From Octopus vulgaris (Eukaryota), in the NCBI GenBank assembly GCA_951406725.2, contig OX597818.1, positions 61,132,001-61,196,000 of the forward strand: DNA of 64,000 nt, read 5' to 3'. The notes below the pieces were generated by a model. It had not been told where the DNA came from and ran no database searches. It worked only from the letters and a program-made list of their open reading frames with translations. The position numbers and the translations under genes are program-made. Positions within the stretch are counted from its first letter, which is position 1; each line of letters starts with the position of its first letter. Below, piece after piece: positions 26,622 to 39,900 of this stretch.

Positions 26622-27979
26622 CTAAAAAGTGAAAGAAACGCATTAAGAATACATGTATGCACAATATAATTTAATATATACACTATTCACATGTTTGTTT
26701 TAGTTTTTCTTTTTAACTATTGGTTACAGGTTGGGTCTGTAACTGGAGAAGGCTTTTGATATAGAAATATAGTCAGTGAAGGAGAATAAGGTTATATTTA
26801 TTCAATAATATTTCCCTTAAATTTTCACAGGTTGATCACCGAGTGAATAGATAACCGAGGAGATCTGAAGTGAGATAATATTGTGGATAGAAGTTTGTGA
26901 GAATTTCTTTCTCTTTTTTTTTCTTCTAACATTGTAAGGAAACAAAAGAATGATGGACCAATGGTAGCATCATAATAGTTTAAGGAAAGAACAAGAGATG
27001 TATTATATGTGCAATGAGAAGACAGTTCTTTTTTTTTTTTTCATTCTTTTTCATTTTTTGTAATGGTCTGAGATAAGAAAATGGTTTTAAAAAGAAAACT
27101 TTTGAAACAACAGACTCAAGTAGATAAAGGATTGCATAACTTATAGAAGGTAGCATTCTTATTTGATAATTTATTGTTTACGAATGGTTATAAATTTTTA
27201 TATAGCTACATTTAGTGTGAAAAATAAGTTTGGATATGACGAGGCTGAAGATATTTGATATCAAGAATGAGATAACTTCAATGTAAATAAATATATAGTG
27301 AAGGGTTATTTGATCTGTTGTTTAAAAGAAAGAGGTAGAGCATTTGATTTTTATTCCTGCACAGACATTACAAACATCAAAATTGTTAAAAATACTGAAT
27401 AATGTATTTCTTAAGACATTTATTGAAGTATTAAAATATTTATTCCGAGCTGGGTGAAGAAATTATCAAATAAGGTACACACTGAATGTTGACCTTCAAT
27501 GCATAATGCAAAGATTTATAATTTGTCTAAAAAGCAGGCCTGTCACCTTAAGTGCTGTTACATTCAACAGAAAGTTTTATTTAGCAAGAAAAGATTTTAA
27601 ATCACAGAATAATAAAAATTTCTGACATTTAAAGAAGCCTATGCATTTGTATAAATTATGTCAGACAAGAACGCTTGATATTTTTCAAGACAAAAATTTC
27701 AAATGATTGATAGTTTTGTAAATCAGATTATCTCATAAAGCATGAATGTTAACTTTGATGAAAAAAAAAAAAAGGAAGATATTTTAGGAAGTTTAAGTAT
27801 TCTACATTGAACACAATAAAATTGTTAATAAAATTAAATCTACAAAGAATATTATAGAATTAGACAGAAAACTATAAAACACATTCAAATACATACCAGT
27901 TATAGTAAAAATATCAAAACAATTTATCAAATTACTTCTGAATAAAGGAAAATATATGCAATGAGATTATATCACTTAC

Positions 27980-28159
27980 TATGAACTGTGAGATAAGCTG
28001 ATGCCATTAAAGGTGGATTACCAGGTGTTGGTAACACCTGACACTGGTATTCGGTGTCATCACGTAATTCCACATTTGTTATCATAAGATTGTATTCTCC
28101 AAGGTTTAAATTGCCAACAACTTCATAACGAGAAAAACCAGGAATTGATTTATCATAAC
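27980..28159 (-). CDS. NPHS1-like: Nephrin/SYG-2/Sns-like gene, internal exon: C-terminal half of Ig domain 1
   Basis: Not in the ORF track; translated by hand as (G)YDKSIPGFSRYEVVGNLNLGEYNLMITNVELRDDTEYQCQVLPTPGNPPLMASAYLTVH. This fits the nephrin/Sns Ig1 pattern IPGFxRY..G.YNL.I....DD..YQCQV. AG acceptor at 28161-28160, GTAAG donor at 27979; 180 bp, phase 1/1. Confidence 0.93.
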
Positions 28160-28318
28160 CTACAATAGAAGAGGGGAAAGAAAAAATTCAATATTGTTCA
28201 TTAATATACAAGGGAACAAGTAACCAGTTCTATAACAGATACATAGACTCGTACACATGTTTATGCAATACACATTATATACATGTGTGCATAGAGACAT
28301 ATTGCATATACATTCTCC

Positions 28319-28359
<41 letters not shown>

Positions 28360-28462
28360 ACATGTATTTTTCCAAGTTTGCATGTGTTAGACGAAAGTAA
28401 TTGAGGCAATGTTTTACAACCAGGCACCTTTACCGGTTTGGATTAAGTTCTAAGTTATAAAT

Positions 28463-28862
28463 AGGCGCAGGAGTGGCTGTGTGGTAAGTAGCTTGCTAAC
28501 CAACCACATGGTTTTGGGTTCAGTCCCACTGCGTGGCATCTTGGGCAAGTGTCTTCTGCTATAGCCCCGGGCCGACCAATGCCTTGTGAGTGGATTTGGT
28601 AGACAGAAACTGAAAGAAGCCTGTCGTATATATGTATGTGTGTGTATGTGTTTGTGTGTCTGTGTTTGTTCCCCTAGCATTGCTTGACAACCGATGCTGG
28701 TGTGCTTACGTCCCCGTCACTTAGCAGTTCGGCAAAAGAGTCTGATAGAATAAGTACTGGGGTTACAAAAAGAGTAAGTCCCGGGGTCGATTTGCTCGAC
28801 TAAAGGCGGTGCTCCAGCATGGCCGCAGTCAAATGACTGAAACAAGTAAAAGAGTAAAAGAG
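28463..28862 (+). mobile_element. SINE family A, full length
   Basis: AGGCGCAGGAGTGGCTGTGTGGTAAG..GACTGAAACAAGTAAAAGAG. Confidence 0.9.
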
Positions 28863-28942
28863 ATGCTAAAATACACTTCTTGTTTTTTTCCTTGGATTCT
28901 TCAAAATTCTGGTTCTGATGAAACCAATGTTGCAAAGCTATT

Positions 28943-29347
28943 CTCTTTTCTTTTTTACTTGTTTCAGTCATTTGACTGCGGCCATGCTGGAGCACCGCCT
29001 TTAATCGAGCAACTCAAACCCAGGACTTATTCTTTGTAAGCCCAGTACTTATTCTATCGGTCTCTTTTGCCGAACCGCTAAGTGACAGGGACATAATCAC
29101 ACCAGCATCAGTTGTCAAGCAATGCTTGGGGGACAAACACAGACACACAAACATACACGCACACATATATATATACATATATATGACGGGCTTCTTTCAG
29201 TTTCTGTCTACCAAATCCACTCACAAGGCTTTGGTCAGCCTGAGGCTATAATAGAACACACTTACCCAAGGTGTCATGCAGTGGGACTGAACCCGGATAC
29301 ATGTGGTTGGTAAACAAGCTACTTACCACACAGCCACTCCTACACCT
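28943..29347 (-). mobile_element. SINE family A, full length, inverted relative to the 28463 copy
   Basis: Reverse complement of the family; tail-to-tail with an ~80-bp spacer. Confidence 0.9.
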
Positions 29348-29804
29348 ATATTATCTATACACATAAAAACACATATAAGAATACTTCAGTTGACTAAAAA
29401 ATTTATACACGCAAGAAATATGCTTACTTAAATATACGCATGTACATACATGTTAATTTAGTGAAATAACCATAACGTGAATATCAGCAGAATTAATATG
29501 TAGATGAGAAAAGAAAAGAAAAAAAAAGGAAAGCAGAAAATACTATATTTATTAAAAATTCCATTCTATAACCCCCGTCAATAAGTGTACTGGTTGCAGC
29601 GCAGAGTATGAATGTATCAAATATTTTATTTTACAGATCTATCTTCTATTCAAGAAATGCTTCCAAGCATATTGCTTAGCCTATTCCTCTCCCCTCCTAT
29701 TGCTTGGTGACAGCTCCACTTTACCATTATTCGTTAGTTTTAAAAGACACATATATGTATGTTTGAGCAAAAAAAAAATAAATAAAATAAAACAAACATG
29801 TATG

Positions 29805-30208
29805 CTCTTTTACTCTTTTACTTGTTTCAGTCATTTGACTGTGGCCATGCTGGAGCACCGACTTTAGTCGAGCAAATCGACCCTGGGACTTATTCTTTGT
29901 AAGCCCAGGACTTATTCTATCGGTCTCTTTTGCCGAACCGCTAAGTGACGGGGACGTAAACACACCAGCATCGGTTGTCAAGCATTGCTAGGGAGACAAA
30001 CACAAACACACAAACACATACATATACATATATATACATATATACGACAGGCTTCTTTCAGTTTCCGTCTAACAAATCCACTCACAAGGCATTGGTCAGC
30101 CCGGGGCTATAGCAGAGGACACTTGCCCAAGATGCCACGCAGTGGGACTGAACCCGGAACCATGTGGTTGGTTAGCAAGCTACTTACCACACAGCCACTC
30201 CTGCGCCT
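29805..30208 (-). mobile_element. SINE family A, full length, with an ~55-bp flanking direct repeat
   Basis: Flanks 29749-29803 and 30209-30263 both read ACATATATGTATGTT..GCAAAAAAAA..AAACATGTAT. Confidence 0.88.
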
Positions 30209-30319
30209 ACATATATGTATGTTCGTGCAAAAAAAAAAAAAAATAAAAAAAATAAACATGTATATATATATATGTATATAGGTAAACATGCAAACGTAAC
30301 ACATGTTTACATATATTTG

Positions 30320-30780
30320 TCACCAGAAGCAAAATATGGATTGAAATTTTTGTATTGTTAAAATAAATGCTAGAGACAAAGGATTTTTCACACTGTTTAC
30401 AATGAAAGGGTTTTCTCCCGTTTAACTAAATTTCTAGAGAGCAAATCTCGAATTCTTAATGGAAGATTTCTTACATATTCACAGAGAAATAATTTTGTTC
30501 CAGTGCATATTCTTTTGTGTTTTGTCAAAATACTGTTATAGACAAAATAATTCTCACATATTTCACAGTGGTAAGTCTTCTCCTTATTGTGCATTTCATT
30601 GTAGTAAAAGACCATGTGTTGCACAGAAAATGGTTTCCTACAAATCTCAGTAATAATAAACCAGTAATATTTTTATGTAATGATCTTTGTGTAAAAAAAA
30701 GTTTCACAATGTAAAAAGTTTTCATCACTTTATAACCATTTGGTTGATTAGGCCATTTCAGTTCCAGAAATCTGAAATTC
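30320..30780 (-). pseudogene. Decayed C2H2 zinc-finger array remnant
   Basis: Frameshifted fingers and TGEKP-like linkers: SDENFLHCET.., EICRKPFS.., MHNKEKTYHCEICENYFVYNSILTKHKRICTGTKLFLCE, TGENPF/HCKQCEKSFVS. Confidence 0.7.
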
Positions 30781-30785
30781 ATATA

Positions 30786-31357
30786 TCATCATCATCATCA
30801 TCATCGTCATCGTTTAACGTCCGCTTTCCATGCTAGCATGGGTTGGACGGTTTTGACTGAGGGCTGGCAAACCATATGGCTGCACCAGGCTCCAATCTTG
30901 ATTTGGCAGAGTTTCTACAGCTCGATGCCCTTCCTAACGCCAACCTCTCCGAGAGTATAGTGGATGCTTTTTACATGCCACCGACATGGGACCCAATCAG
31001 GCTGTACTGGCAATGACCTCACTCGAATCTTTTTACACATGCCACTGGCACAGGTGCCAATGAAGCGACGTTGGTAATGATCACGCTCGAATGGTGCCGT
31101 TTTACGTGCCACGGGCACGGAAACCAGTTGGCTGCTCTGGCAACGATCATGCACGGATAGTGCTCTTGGCACCCTACTAGCACAAGCACAAGTGCCCATA
31201 AGGCGATGCTGGTAATGATCATACTTGAATGGTGCCCTTTTATGTGCCACTGGCACGGAAGCTGGTTAGCCACTCTGTCAATGATTACACCCGTATGGCG
31301 CTCTTTGCACCCAGCTAGCACGAATGCCAGTCAGCGAATTGATTTTGATTTTGATTT
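30786..31357 (-). mobile_element. RTE-tail repeat (family C)
   Basis: (CAT)n-CGTTTAACGTCCGCTTTCCATGCTAGCATGGG.. with internal tandem units. Confidence 0.8.
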
Positions 31358-31593
31358 ATATACTTAAGCTTTGCAATATCCATCAATATCTAAACCAAGA
31401 CCAAATTTTGAAGGTGGCTGGACTGCTGCTGTAAGAACACTGCTTTTCTCATGTACAAGTTGAAGAATTTTATGCCAAACTCAAGACAGAAAGACTAAGC
31501 ATGGTATCATGAATTCCTTTGCTAAAAAGTGTTTAATAATACTTTCCTAGAAGTATTAGATTGTTTTGAACATACACACACATGCACACGTAA

Positions 31594-31635
<42 letters not shown>

Positions 31636-31855
31636 GGCGAGCTGGCAGAAACGTTAGAATGCCGGGCGAAATGCGTAGCCGTATTTCGTCTGTCGTTAGG
31701 TTCTTTGTTCAAATTCCGCTGAGGTCAACTTTGCCTTTCATCCTTTCGGGGTTGATAAATTAAGTACTAGTTACACACTGGGGTTGATATAATCGACTTA
31801 ATACCTATGTCTGTCCTTGTTTGTCACATCTGTGTTTAGCCCCTTGTGGGTAGTA

Positions 31856-31903
<48 letters not shown>

Positions 31904-32290
31904 TGCAGGAGTGACTGTGTGGTAAGTAGCTTGCTTACCAACCACATGGTTCCGGGTTCAGTCTGACTGCATGGCACCTTGGGCAAATGTCTTTTACTAT
32001 AGTCTCAGGCTGACCAAAGCCTTGAGTGGATTTGGTAGACAGAAAGTGAAAGAAGCCCATCGTATATATGTATATACATATGTATGTATGTGTATATGTT
32101 TGTGTTTCTATGTTTGTTCCCCCAACATCGCTTGACATCTGATGCTGGTATGTTTACGTCCCCATAACATAACAGTTCATAACAATAGAATAAGTACTAG
32201 GCTTACAAAGAATAAATCCTGGGGTCGATTTGCTCGACTAAAAGGTGGTGCTCCAGCATGGCCCCAGTCAAATGACTGAAACAAGTAAAG
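31636..32290 (+). mobile_element. SINE-B (31636-31858) followed by (AT)n and SINE-A (31901-32290)
   Basis: Family-diagnostic heads GGCGAGCTGGCAGAAACGTTAG and GGTGCAGGAGTGACTGTGTGG. Confidence 0.85.
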
Positions 32291-32389
32291 GAATAACAGA
32301 ATATACACATGCACACGTTATGTGTGTGTTTATGTATGTATATATATTTATTGTTAAACAAAAATAGCCACCGGCACAGGGGCCAGACG

Positions 32390-33216
32390 AGCCGACATCA
32401 ACTACGATTAACTACGATTGGATGGTGCTTTTTATGTGCCACCAGTATGGACGCCAGTGAAAGTGGCACTAGCATTGGCTATGTTCTGATGGTGCTTTTT
32501 ACATGCTACTGGCACAGGGGTCACAACTACAATTTCCATTTCATTTGATTTTGATGTTGATGTACTTGACTCAATAGGTCTTCTCAAGCATGGCATGTCA
32601 CCCTACAATCCAAGGTACTTTTGGGTGGGCTGGTTATGTGATACTGGTGTAGGTTACAGCTGTGAACTCACTTTATTTGCCAGGTCTTCTCAGTCACAGC
32701 ATACCTCCAGAGGTCTTGGTCTTTTGTCATTGACTCTGTGAGGTCCAACGTTCAAAGCTCATGCTTCACCATCTCATCAACATGTCTTCCTGGGTCTCCC
32801 TCTAAGAGATTTTTAAAAATGGGCTTCATAGAGAAGATGACAGGAGACCAAGACTTCTGGAAGTTTGCTGTAGTTGCGAAGACACATCAAGCAAAATAAA
32901 ATCATGGCCATCCATAAAGACGAGTCCTCTACATTGCTCTCTCAGCTGAGAGGTCCAAGTCTTGCAGGCTCGTGGGTGTTGGTGTCATGCAAAATCATTT
33001 GTGCTGGTGCCACATAAAAGTGCCTTTGTCATTTCCACATTAAGAGCAATCAGTACACTCTGTAAAGTGGCTGGCATTAGGAAAGGCATCCAGCCATAAA
33101 AACCATGCCAAAACAGATAAAAGGAACCCAGGCAGCTCTCCAGCCTTATCATCTTCCTGTCAACCCATCCAACCCATGCCAGCATGTAAAACAGATGTTA
33201 AACGATGATGATGATG
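32390..33216. mobile_element. Two back-to-back RTE LINE 3' ends (minus 32803-32390, plus 32805-33216)
   Basis: Minus strand: RGRPRKT..VKHEL.TLDLTESMTKDQDLWRYAVTEKT. Plus strand: MGFIEKMTGDQDFWKFAVVAKTHQAK* followed by the family-C tail and (GAT)n. Confidence 0.7.
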
Positions 33217-33236
33217 CCATATCTTTATAAAATTCA

Positions 33237-33667
33237 TTTACTCTTTTACTCTTTTTTTACTCTTTTACTTGTTTCAGTCATTTGACTGCGGCCATGCTGG
33301 AGCACCACCTTTAGTCGAGCAAATCGACCCCGGGACTTATTCTTTTTGTAAGCCCAGTACTTATTCTATCGGTCTCTTTTGCCGAACCGCTAAGTGACGG
33401 GGACGTAAACACACCAGCATCGGTTGTCAAGCAATGCTAGGGGGACAAACACAGACACACAAACACAGACACCCACTTATATATATATATATATACATAT
33501 ATACGACAGGCTTCTTTCAGTTTCCATCTACCAAATCCACTCACAAGGCATTGGTCGGCCCAGGGCTATAGCAGAAGACACTTGCCCAAGATGCCACGCA
33601 GTGGGACTGAACCCGGAACCATGTGGTCGGTTAGCAAGCTACTTACCACACAGCCACTCCTGCGCCT
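33237..33667 (-). mobile_element. SINE family A, full length
   Basis: Closely similar to the other SINE-A copies. Confidence 0.9.
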
Positions 33668-34514
33668 CACTTTCTGCAAATAATTTTCTTCAGTTTCAGT
33701 ATTCAGTGCATAGATTGTATCATGGCTAAAGCTGTTGTAAAACCAGTAAATCAATAAGAGAAGTTGATATTTCTTAAAACCAAATCAGTTTGCAATATTG
33801 CAAAAGGATAAGTGACTACACCCTCCACTCTGCGGTCACTCATCTGGCCTACTCACCACTCTCCTACTCTCCATCATGGATAGAGTCAAATAAATCCAAT
33901 AGAAATAAATACAGGCTAATGTTGTTTCATAGAAACCTAAAAGAAAGTCCTTCCGTGAACTTTCAGTGAATGAGAGTTGTTTATTACTCGAGTTACATTG
34001 CAGCAAAGAAACCAAAATTATCAATTGATAGCAGTCGCTGCAATTATTAGAGAGGTTACATCAGAGATGCTTTGGTAGGAGTTCCTTAATTTGTAATAAA
34101 GATGTTTAGTTTGCATCCTTGACATGTTATTAGTGATTAGGAAGCATGGGTTTGAGTTGAAGATATTTATTTGATAATAGTGTGGATAACAGGAGAGCAA
34201 AATGGTGGCTATACAATATCTCGTAATGATTAACTTCATGCCGATTCAAACAACTGCAGATGTTGCGGTGGTGGTGGTGGTGGTGAGAAAAGTATATGAA
34301 TAATTACTGTGGTCTGTTTACTTTTAACTCCATCTAGCAGACAGATTCTGCAACATTTGCCATGCTGTACATATGAGATAGCTAGGAAAAAAAATCCTCA
34401 CCAATTGTGATGTGTAACGTTTGAAATAACTTTTATATTTAAGTTACATGTTGTTCCTGACTAGCAGGGCAGTACAAGATTTTTTTTCTTTTTCTTTTAC
34501 TCAAGGCACAAGGC

Positions 34515-34985
34515 CTGAAATTTTTGGGGAGGGGGCCAATCGATTAGATTGACCCCAGGACGAAAATTGATTTATAATCAATTTAAGTTGTAGAATATTT
34601 TTGCTTAGTCAAATACTGATGATACAGAACAATATTTTCCTTTCAAAGTGTCTGAAATTTTTGTGGTCAGTCGATTAAATCGACCCCAGGACAAAACTGG
34701 TACTTAATTTATAATCAATTTAGTAAGTTGTAGCATATTTTTACTTAGTCAAATACTGATGATACAGAACAATATTTTCCTTTCAAAGTGTCTGAAATTT
34801 TTGTGGTCAGTCGATTAGATCAACCCCAGGACGAAACTGGTACTTAATTTATAATCAATTTACCCCCTCCTTCGAAACTGCTGTCTATGTGTCAAAATTT
34901 GAAATCAATTTAATAAGTTGCAGCATATTTTTGCTTAGTCAAATACTGATGATACAGAACAATATTTTCCTTTCAAAGCGTCTGT
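34515..34985 (+). repeat. Local tandem triplication, period about 140 bp
   Basis: CTTAGTCAAATACTGATGATACAGAACAATATTTTCCTTTCAAAG occurs three times (~34604, 34744, 34934), interleaved with a SINE-B-related fragment. Confidence 0.9.
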
Positions 34986-35927
34986 TGCAGGTAATATATG
35001 AGTAACAGAGACAAGAGTAACAGCAGAATGTGTGTAGGGGGTGGAGGATGAGAGGCAAAGAGTTGAAAGAAGAAAACTGATATTCTTTACAATCTGTTGA
35101 TGTGTTTTTAAATACACATAACAGATAGAGTGGTGTAAGAATTTCAAAAAATTATATTCTAATGAAATTATAAATATACTTTTATACCAAGCCATAACCA
35201 TAAAACATGGCTATTGTCACAAAATAATACGGTGACATTTTGGTAATTAATGGTCTATTAAAAAAAAAAAAAGAAGTTTGCTAACCACTCTGCCAACATT
35301 TATGGCACCATTGTTCGAAGAGATGCTGGCAACAACAATGATACTAATACTACTACTGCTACGATGTTCACAGTGAAAAATAAGGAATCAGGTAGTTCAG
35401 ATAAAAGTCAAAAAAAAAAAAAAGCTTCTGAAAATGTTAATCAGGTTTACAAAGAAAACACGATGTTATGAAATTGTTTCCTTTTTGTTCATATACAATG
35501 GTGTTCACAGTTAAAACGAGCAATTCTATAGTAGTGTGGAAACATAGATGTATGTAAATTTGCCAATGTATTGACATGGAAATGGTAAATACATGCTTTA
35601 AAGTCGCAAAGTGTCATGACTATGCAAAACATTATTCAATAATTCACAAATTATGTTTCAGATATATTTCTTATTCGATGGATTTCGAGTGTGTTTAGGC
35701 ATATGAGCGCCGATTCCACTATTTTATGGTATAAAAATTTAAAAAAAAGAACTAATACAAAATTATATAGTACACTACAAAAAATAGAATAAAATACATA
35801 CACGTTTGTACAAAGCCATTTCGAAAAATGGTTCTTATAAAATATGTACTTTTGTTCTTTTATACCATTGTAATTTTGAGGAATATGCACTGTACCATAC
35901 AATATTGATATGTGCAGACACATACAC

Positions 35928-35975
<48 letters not shown>

Positions 35976-36399
35976 GTGTGTGTGCACCACACATATATAC
36001 ATGCACACACAAAGGCATGTATAAAACTGCATGCATAAATACATATACACATACATACACACACGCATATATATGTATATATGCCTGTATATGTGTGTGT
36101 ATATATATATAGAAATATACACACATACACGTGCATAAGCATACATCCACACACACACACACACAGATACATGTTTTCATGGTATCAACAGACGTATTCT
36201 AGATATGCAGAGGGCACAAATACTGTGTTTAAAACCACTCCACAAGATGACACACAGGAAATAGAAAAACATACAATGGAAAAGTTCCAGCACATAGTAT
36301 AGTCTATCCAAAAAAGCTTTAAAATCACCACTGATACCCTAGCCAAAATAGCAACAAAATTTATTAGTTCTAAATAATATGTTCTAAATAAAATGATCG

Positions 36400-36990
36400 G
36401 TTGGTGCTTTTTACGTGCCACCGGTACAGAAGTGCTGCCTTGAATGGCTTCTGTGCTGGTGGCACATAAAAAGCACCCACTACACTCATGGAGTGGTTGG
36501 CGTTAGGAAGGGCATCCAGCTGTAGAAACACTGCCAGATCAGACTGCTAGCATGGAAAACGGACGTTAAACGATGATGATGATGATGATGAAATAGAGAA
36601 TTATGGCTAGAAATTATGAGTGGCAAGAAACAAATTCTTCATTCATATAATATGAAAGCCCTACCCATTTAAGCACCTTGTCCTCTGGATCTTTGACATG
36701 TCAGCATATGCTAAAATATATGCTTTGATAGCAAACCTAATAAAGATCTTGAAAAATGTATCTCATAAGTGCCCACCCTTTGAATGTTGAGAGTCATCAT
36801 CATTATCATCGTTTAACGTCTGCTTTCCATGCTGGCATGGGTTGGACGGTTTGACTGAGGACTGGTGACCCAGAGGCTGCACCAGGCTCAATCTGATATA
36901 GCAAAGTTTCTACAGCTGGATGCCCTTCCCAACGCTGAACACTCAGAGAGTGTAGTGGGTGCTTTTACATGACGCCGGCACAAGGGCCAG
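36400..36990. mobile_element. Two oppositely oriented family-C (RTE-tail) fragments
   Basis: 36400-36590 ends in (GAT)n; 36795-36990 starts with (CAT)n GTTTAACGTC. Confidence 0.75.
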
Positions 36991-39900
36991 AGTATATACA
37001 AGATTTCATATACCTCATACAATTCTCTGCATGAAACAGATACTGGATCAGAGAATACAAAGGTGCCAGTGAAGAGTTTGAAACCATCTTCAGAAATGAT
37101 GTTAATGGAGTTGCTCCATATATCTAAGAAAATTCTGGAACAGACTTGAGAGGAAAAAAAAGCTGAACAAGAGAACCCCTGGTATGAGAAAAACCAGTTT
37201 CAACATGTGACATTCATTAATGCTACATCCATAAATTAACTAGCCTGTAAATTTAGGAAAGCACTACATGACACAAAACTTCAAAAAGGAAGTAGTAATA
37301 AAAATAGGCAGATCCCTCGAGTCACTTTTATGTCATACCTATTTAAGAAAACACCTTGCACTGACAACAACAGCAAAATATATACAATAAACCCTAAAAA
37401 AAATTGCAAAACTAAAGACATTGTGTACTACATCAGATGAAGGAAAGACAATGTAGGAACACCACTACAGCCTCTGAAGGAGAGACATAATGCAACCAAC
37501 ATGAAAGGTTTAGAGCGCATTGGAGAGAGTAGAATGAAAGAAAAATATCCATAGTCTATCGACATGCCATACAGAAATACAATGTCTCAATAAAAAATGT
37601 GAAAGTAAAAAATTTCTTTCTGGATAACCAAAAGACCAAGGCTTATGACAGATGTCTGAAGCTATACAAATACAGGAGGCAGACCCCACCCACACGTTTA
37701 ATATGAACAACAAGTGGGATAACAATGCCCTGTAACAAAAATGCACCATGACAATAATAGAAGAGTAAAGATAAAATAAATCCACAAATAACTAAAGTCA
37801 ACTAACATACACACACACAGTGATTCTGATGTTAGCAAGAATAAAAGGATAGAAAGAAAATGGAAACAAATAAACATCGTTGTTTCATATGCTTCCAGCC
37901 ATGGAGATGTAGTAAGATAAAAAAAAAAAAAAGTTAAAAGCTAAAACCCAAGCATTTAAAAGAAATAACACATTGAAAAGGATAGAGATTGATGGAGTCA
38001 AAAAAGCTTTTGGGACATAAACAAAAGATCAACTGCTTTGGAGAGAAAAAAAAAGGGTGGGTGGGGGAGAGAAATATAGACAAACAACAATTGGTGAGTG
38101 TCTATCATAGGTTATATTATGACTTCCCAGATATAACCATGTGTGTTTGTTTGTATGTGTGTGAGCACATATGCATACACATGCATGCATATACATATGC
38201 AGGCATACATAAATATATATATATAGACATTTATATATGTATGTATGGATATATTATACACACACACACCTACACATACACAGAGATTAAAAAAACTTTC
38301 GATTAATGCATAACACAAATACAGCACTTGAATTTTTTTTAAATATATTGTGGGATACATTGGTGATATAGTGTTAGGCAACTTGTTGTTTATATTTATA
38401 TGTAAGTTAAAGCTGAGTGGAATGGAAGAGCTGTTTACAAATAAATAAATAAAGAAAGAAATAAAAGTAAAAATATATGAGAAAAACAAAATTACAACAG
38501 AAAATGATTTTATTTTAAAAGTATAATCTTGGTTAAAAATAACAGAAAGTGTGAGATTACTAGGAATTACTGACGACTGAAATGTGATTTTACTACCAAA
38601 TATTCAAATTCCTGAAACTCGTTAGTTTTTATTTTAGAATGAACATAACTATCAATACAGTAATTAAGGTGAATTACATTAATTAAAACTCTAAAAAGTA
38701 TAGAGTAAACAAACACACACACACAAACATAAAGCAAAAGAAATAAGATGAAATAAGAAAAATATTTTTAAAACGGCAAATATTTCTTGAAAAATATTTT
38801 CGACCAACACCAAAATATATATTTCAATATTTAATCATTAATATATAGAACTGTATGATATATATATAAAGTTTATAATATTTCTAGGAGATAGTGTATT
38901 GCTCAAAAGCATAGCAATAAGATTATAAACACAAATATACTGTATACATTATGTAATAATATATTAATTAAACATAGTTAACTGCTAATTTTCAGAAAAA
39001 TTTATTGAGCACACTATATTAAGTTCAGTAATATCGATAGAAATATCAGGAGAAATTAAATTATAGTAATATCTAATTTAGCAAATCAGTCCAAAAACAA
39101 AATAATAATTAATCGATCAATACCATAATGTAACTAGCTTAAAGATTTAATATAGCTACGTAACTAATATAAAAAGTATTTTTATTAAATTGATGATAAA
39201 TAACTTTCAAAACTGGCACCAATTTAGTTCCGTTACAAGATATCGTGTATATAATATCAATTAAAAGCAAATAATTATAAAATATATCTGAAGTTTTTAA
39301 TGAAAATGAAGCAGTAAAAAATTGATGTCTACCAATGAACAAAATGCACAGACAATGTTTCTCTATACTGGCTAGATGTACCAAAAGCTATTTCATTATC
39401 GCTCTAGGCTCTAAGAGTTCTACAGAATACTTATCCTTGGAATCTAGAAAACCCAATAAATTAATGCAGTTCTAGGATAGAATATCAATAGATGATTAAA
39501 AAAAAAAAAATGAAGTTAATGAGAATCTATTTCACTCTGATCATCAAAAAATGCAGAGAGAAACCTTATATTAGTTATCAATGCTTTACAAGGATTCGGC
39601 GCCAGTTCATATACAATAAATTTAAGTAATGCATTTATAAAGAAGAAAATAAAAAGATTCTTTTACTAATTTAAAACCCTATAAAATGAAATAAGAAACA
39701 AATAATTATCTAATATAATAAATGCAAAAAACTAATTTCTGTGTGTCAGTGTGTCACACTGACTCCCCCCTCTCACAATTCAAAGACACTTCTACTGTTG
39801 ATGTAGTGTTGATGGTGGCAGTGGGAGTAAAAATAAGAGAGAAAGAGGGACTGAACACTAAATTCATTTTCTTAGTACCACCACCATCGCCACCACATCT

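Noticed and set aside
33857-33936. Possible minus-strand cryptic exon (CTTTTAG ... GTGAGT)
   Set aside because: 80 bp, no Ig or signal-peptide similarity, and its ATG frame ends in phase 0, incompatible with the phase-1 Ig1 exon.
34515-34985. Regular repeat-spacer appearance, CRISPR-like
   Set aside because: The context is eukaryotic, the spacers are themselves repeated, and there are no cas genes; it is a simple tandem triplication.
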